Shown: positions 15,895-15,942 of the stretch, one piece after another | How positions within the stretch are numbered: position 1 is the first letter of the stretch | Layout of the letters: each line of letters starts with the position of its first letter | Origin: Abditibacteriaceae bacterium | Lineage (GTDB): Bacteria > Armatimonadota > Abditibacteriia > Abditibacteriales > Abditibacteriaceae | Length of the DNA: 15,942 nucleotides | Assembly: GCA_031425655.1 (NCBI GenBank) | Contig: JANPJS010000223.1 | Coordinates: 1-15,942 of the forward strand | Direction of reading: 5' to 3' | The notes under the pieces: model-generated | The model's input: the letters and a program-made list of their open reading frames with translations, nothing else | The model's database searches: none | What the model was told of the DNA's origin: nothing | Program-made: the position numbers and the translations under genes

Positions 15895-15939
15895 CACGGA
15901 TGAATCCTGCCCAGAGGGCGCCCGATAAACACGGATTTT
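15895..15939. repeat. Degenerate 10-nt tandem repeat (CACGGATGAA / GCCCGATAAA / CACGGATTTT) interrupted by the CCTGCCCAGAGGGC core; runs to the window edge
   Basis: Units at 15895-15904, 15920-15929 and 15930-15939. Core at 15906-15919. 15906-15924 matches 12534-12552 at 18 of 19 positions. Confidence 0.75.
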
Positions 15940-15942
15940 TCT

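Noticed and set aside
12474..15924. Recurrent CCTGCCCAGAGGGC as a CRISPR repeat
   Set aside because: The copies are short, kilobases apart, in both orientations and separated by genes. There is no regular spacer pattern and no cas gene.

Overview
GC-rich bacterial DNA with nine credible CDSs in two divergent blocks. Gene style suggests Abditibacteriota/Armatimonadota, but that is an unverified inference. The minus-strand block, in transcription order, encodes a large bifunctional L-fucokinase/fucose-1-phosphate guanylyltransferase (Fkp-like), a probable outer-membrane beta-barrel, a small secreted helical protein, a secreted protein with five Ig-like repeats each carrying a W-[ND]-G insert, a six-SLBB polysaccharide export protein (Wza/OPX-like) and a Wzc-type tyrosine autokinase. 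The plus-strand block encodes an alpha/beta-hydrolase esterase, a secreted SGNH/SASA O-acetylesterase and a Tat-exported GH109-like glycosidase. The most unusual signal is non-coding. A tiny motif, C(C/T)TGCCCAGAGGGC(RCCCG), occurs four times, always nested inside other palindromic or tandem intergenic repeats. At one site, deleting it restores a perfect host palindrome, which suggests a very small mobile element that parasitises REP-like repeats. No rRNA, tRNA, CRISPR array or transposase was seen.
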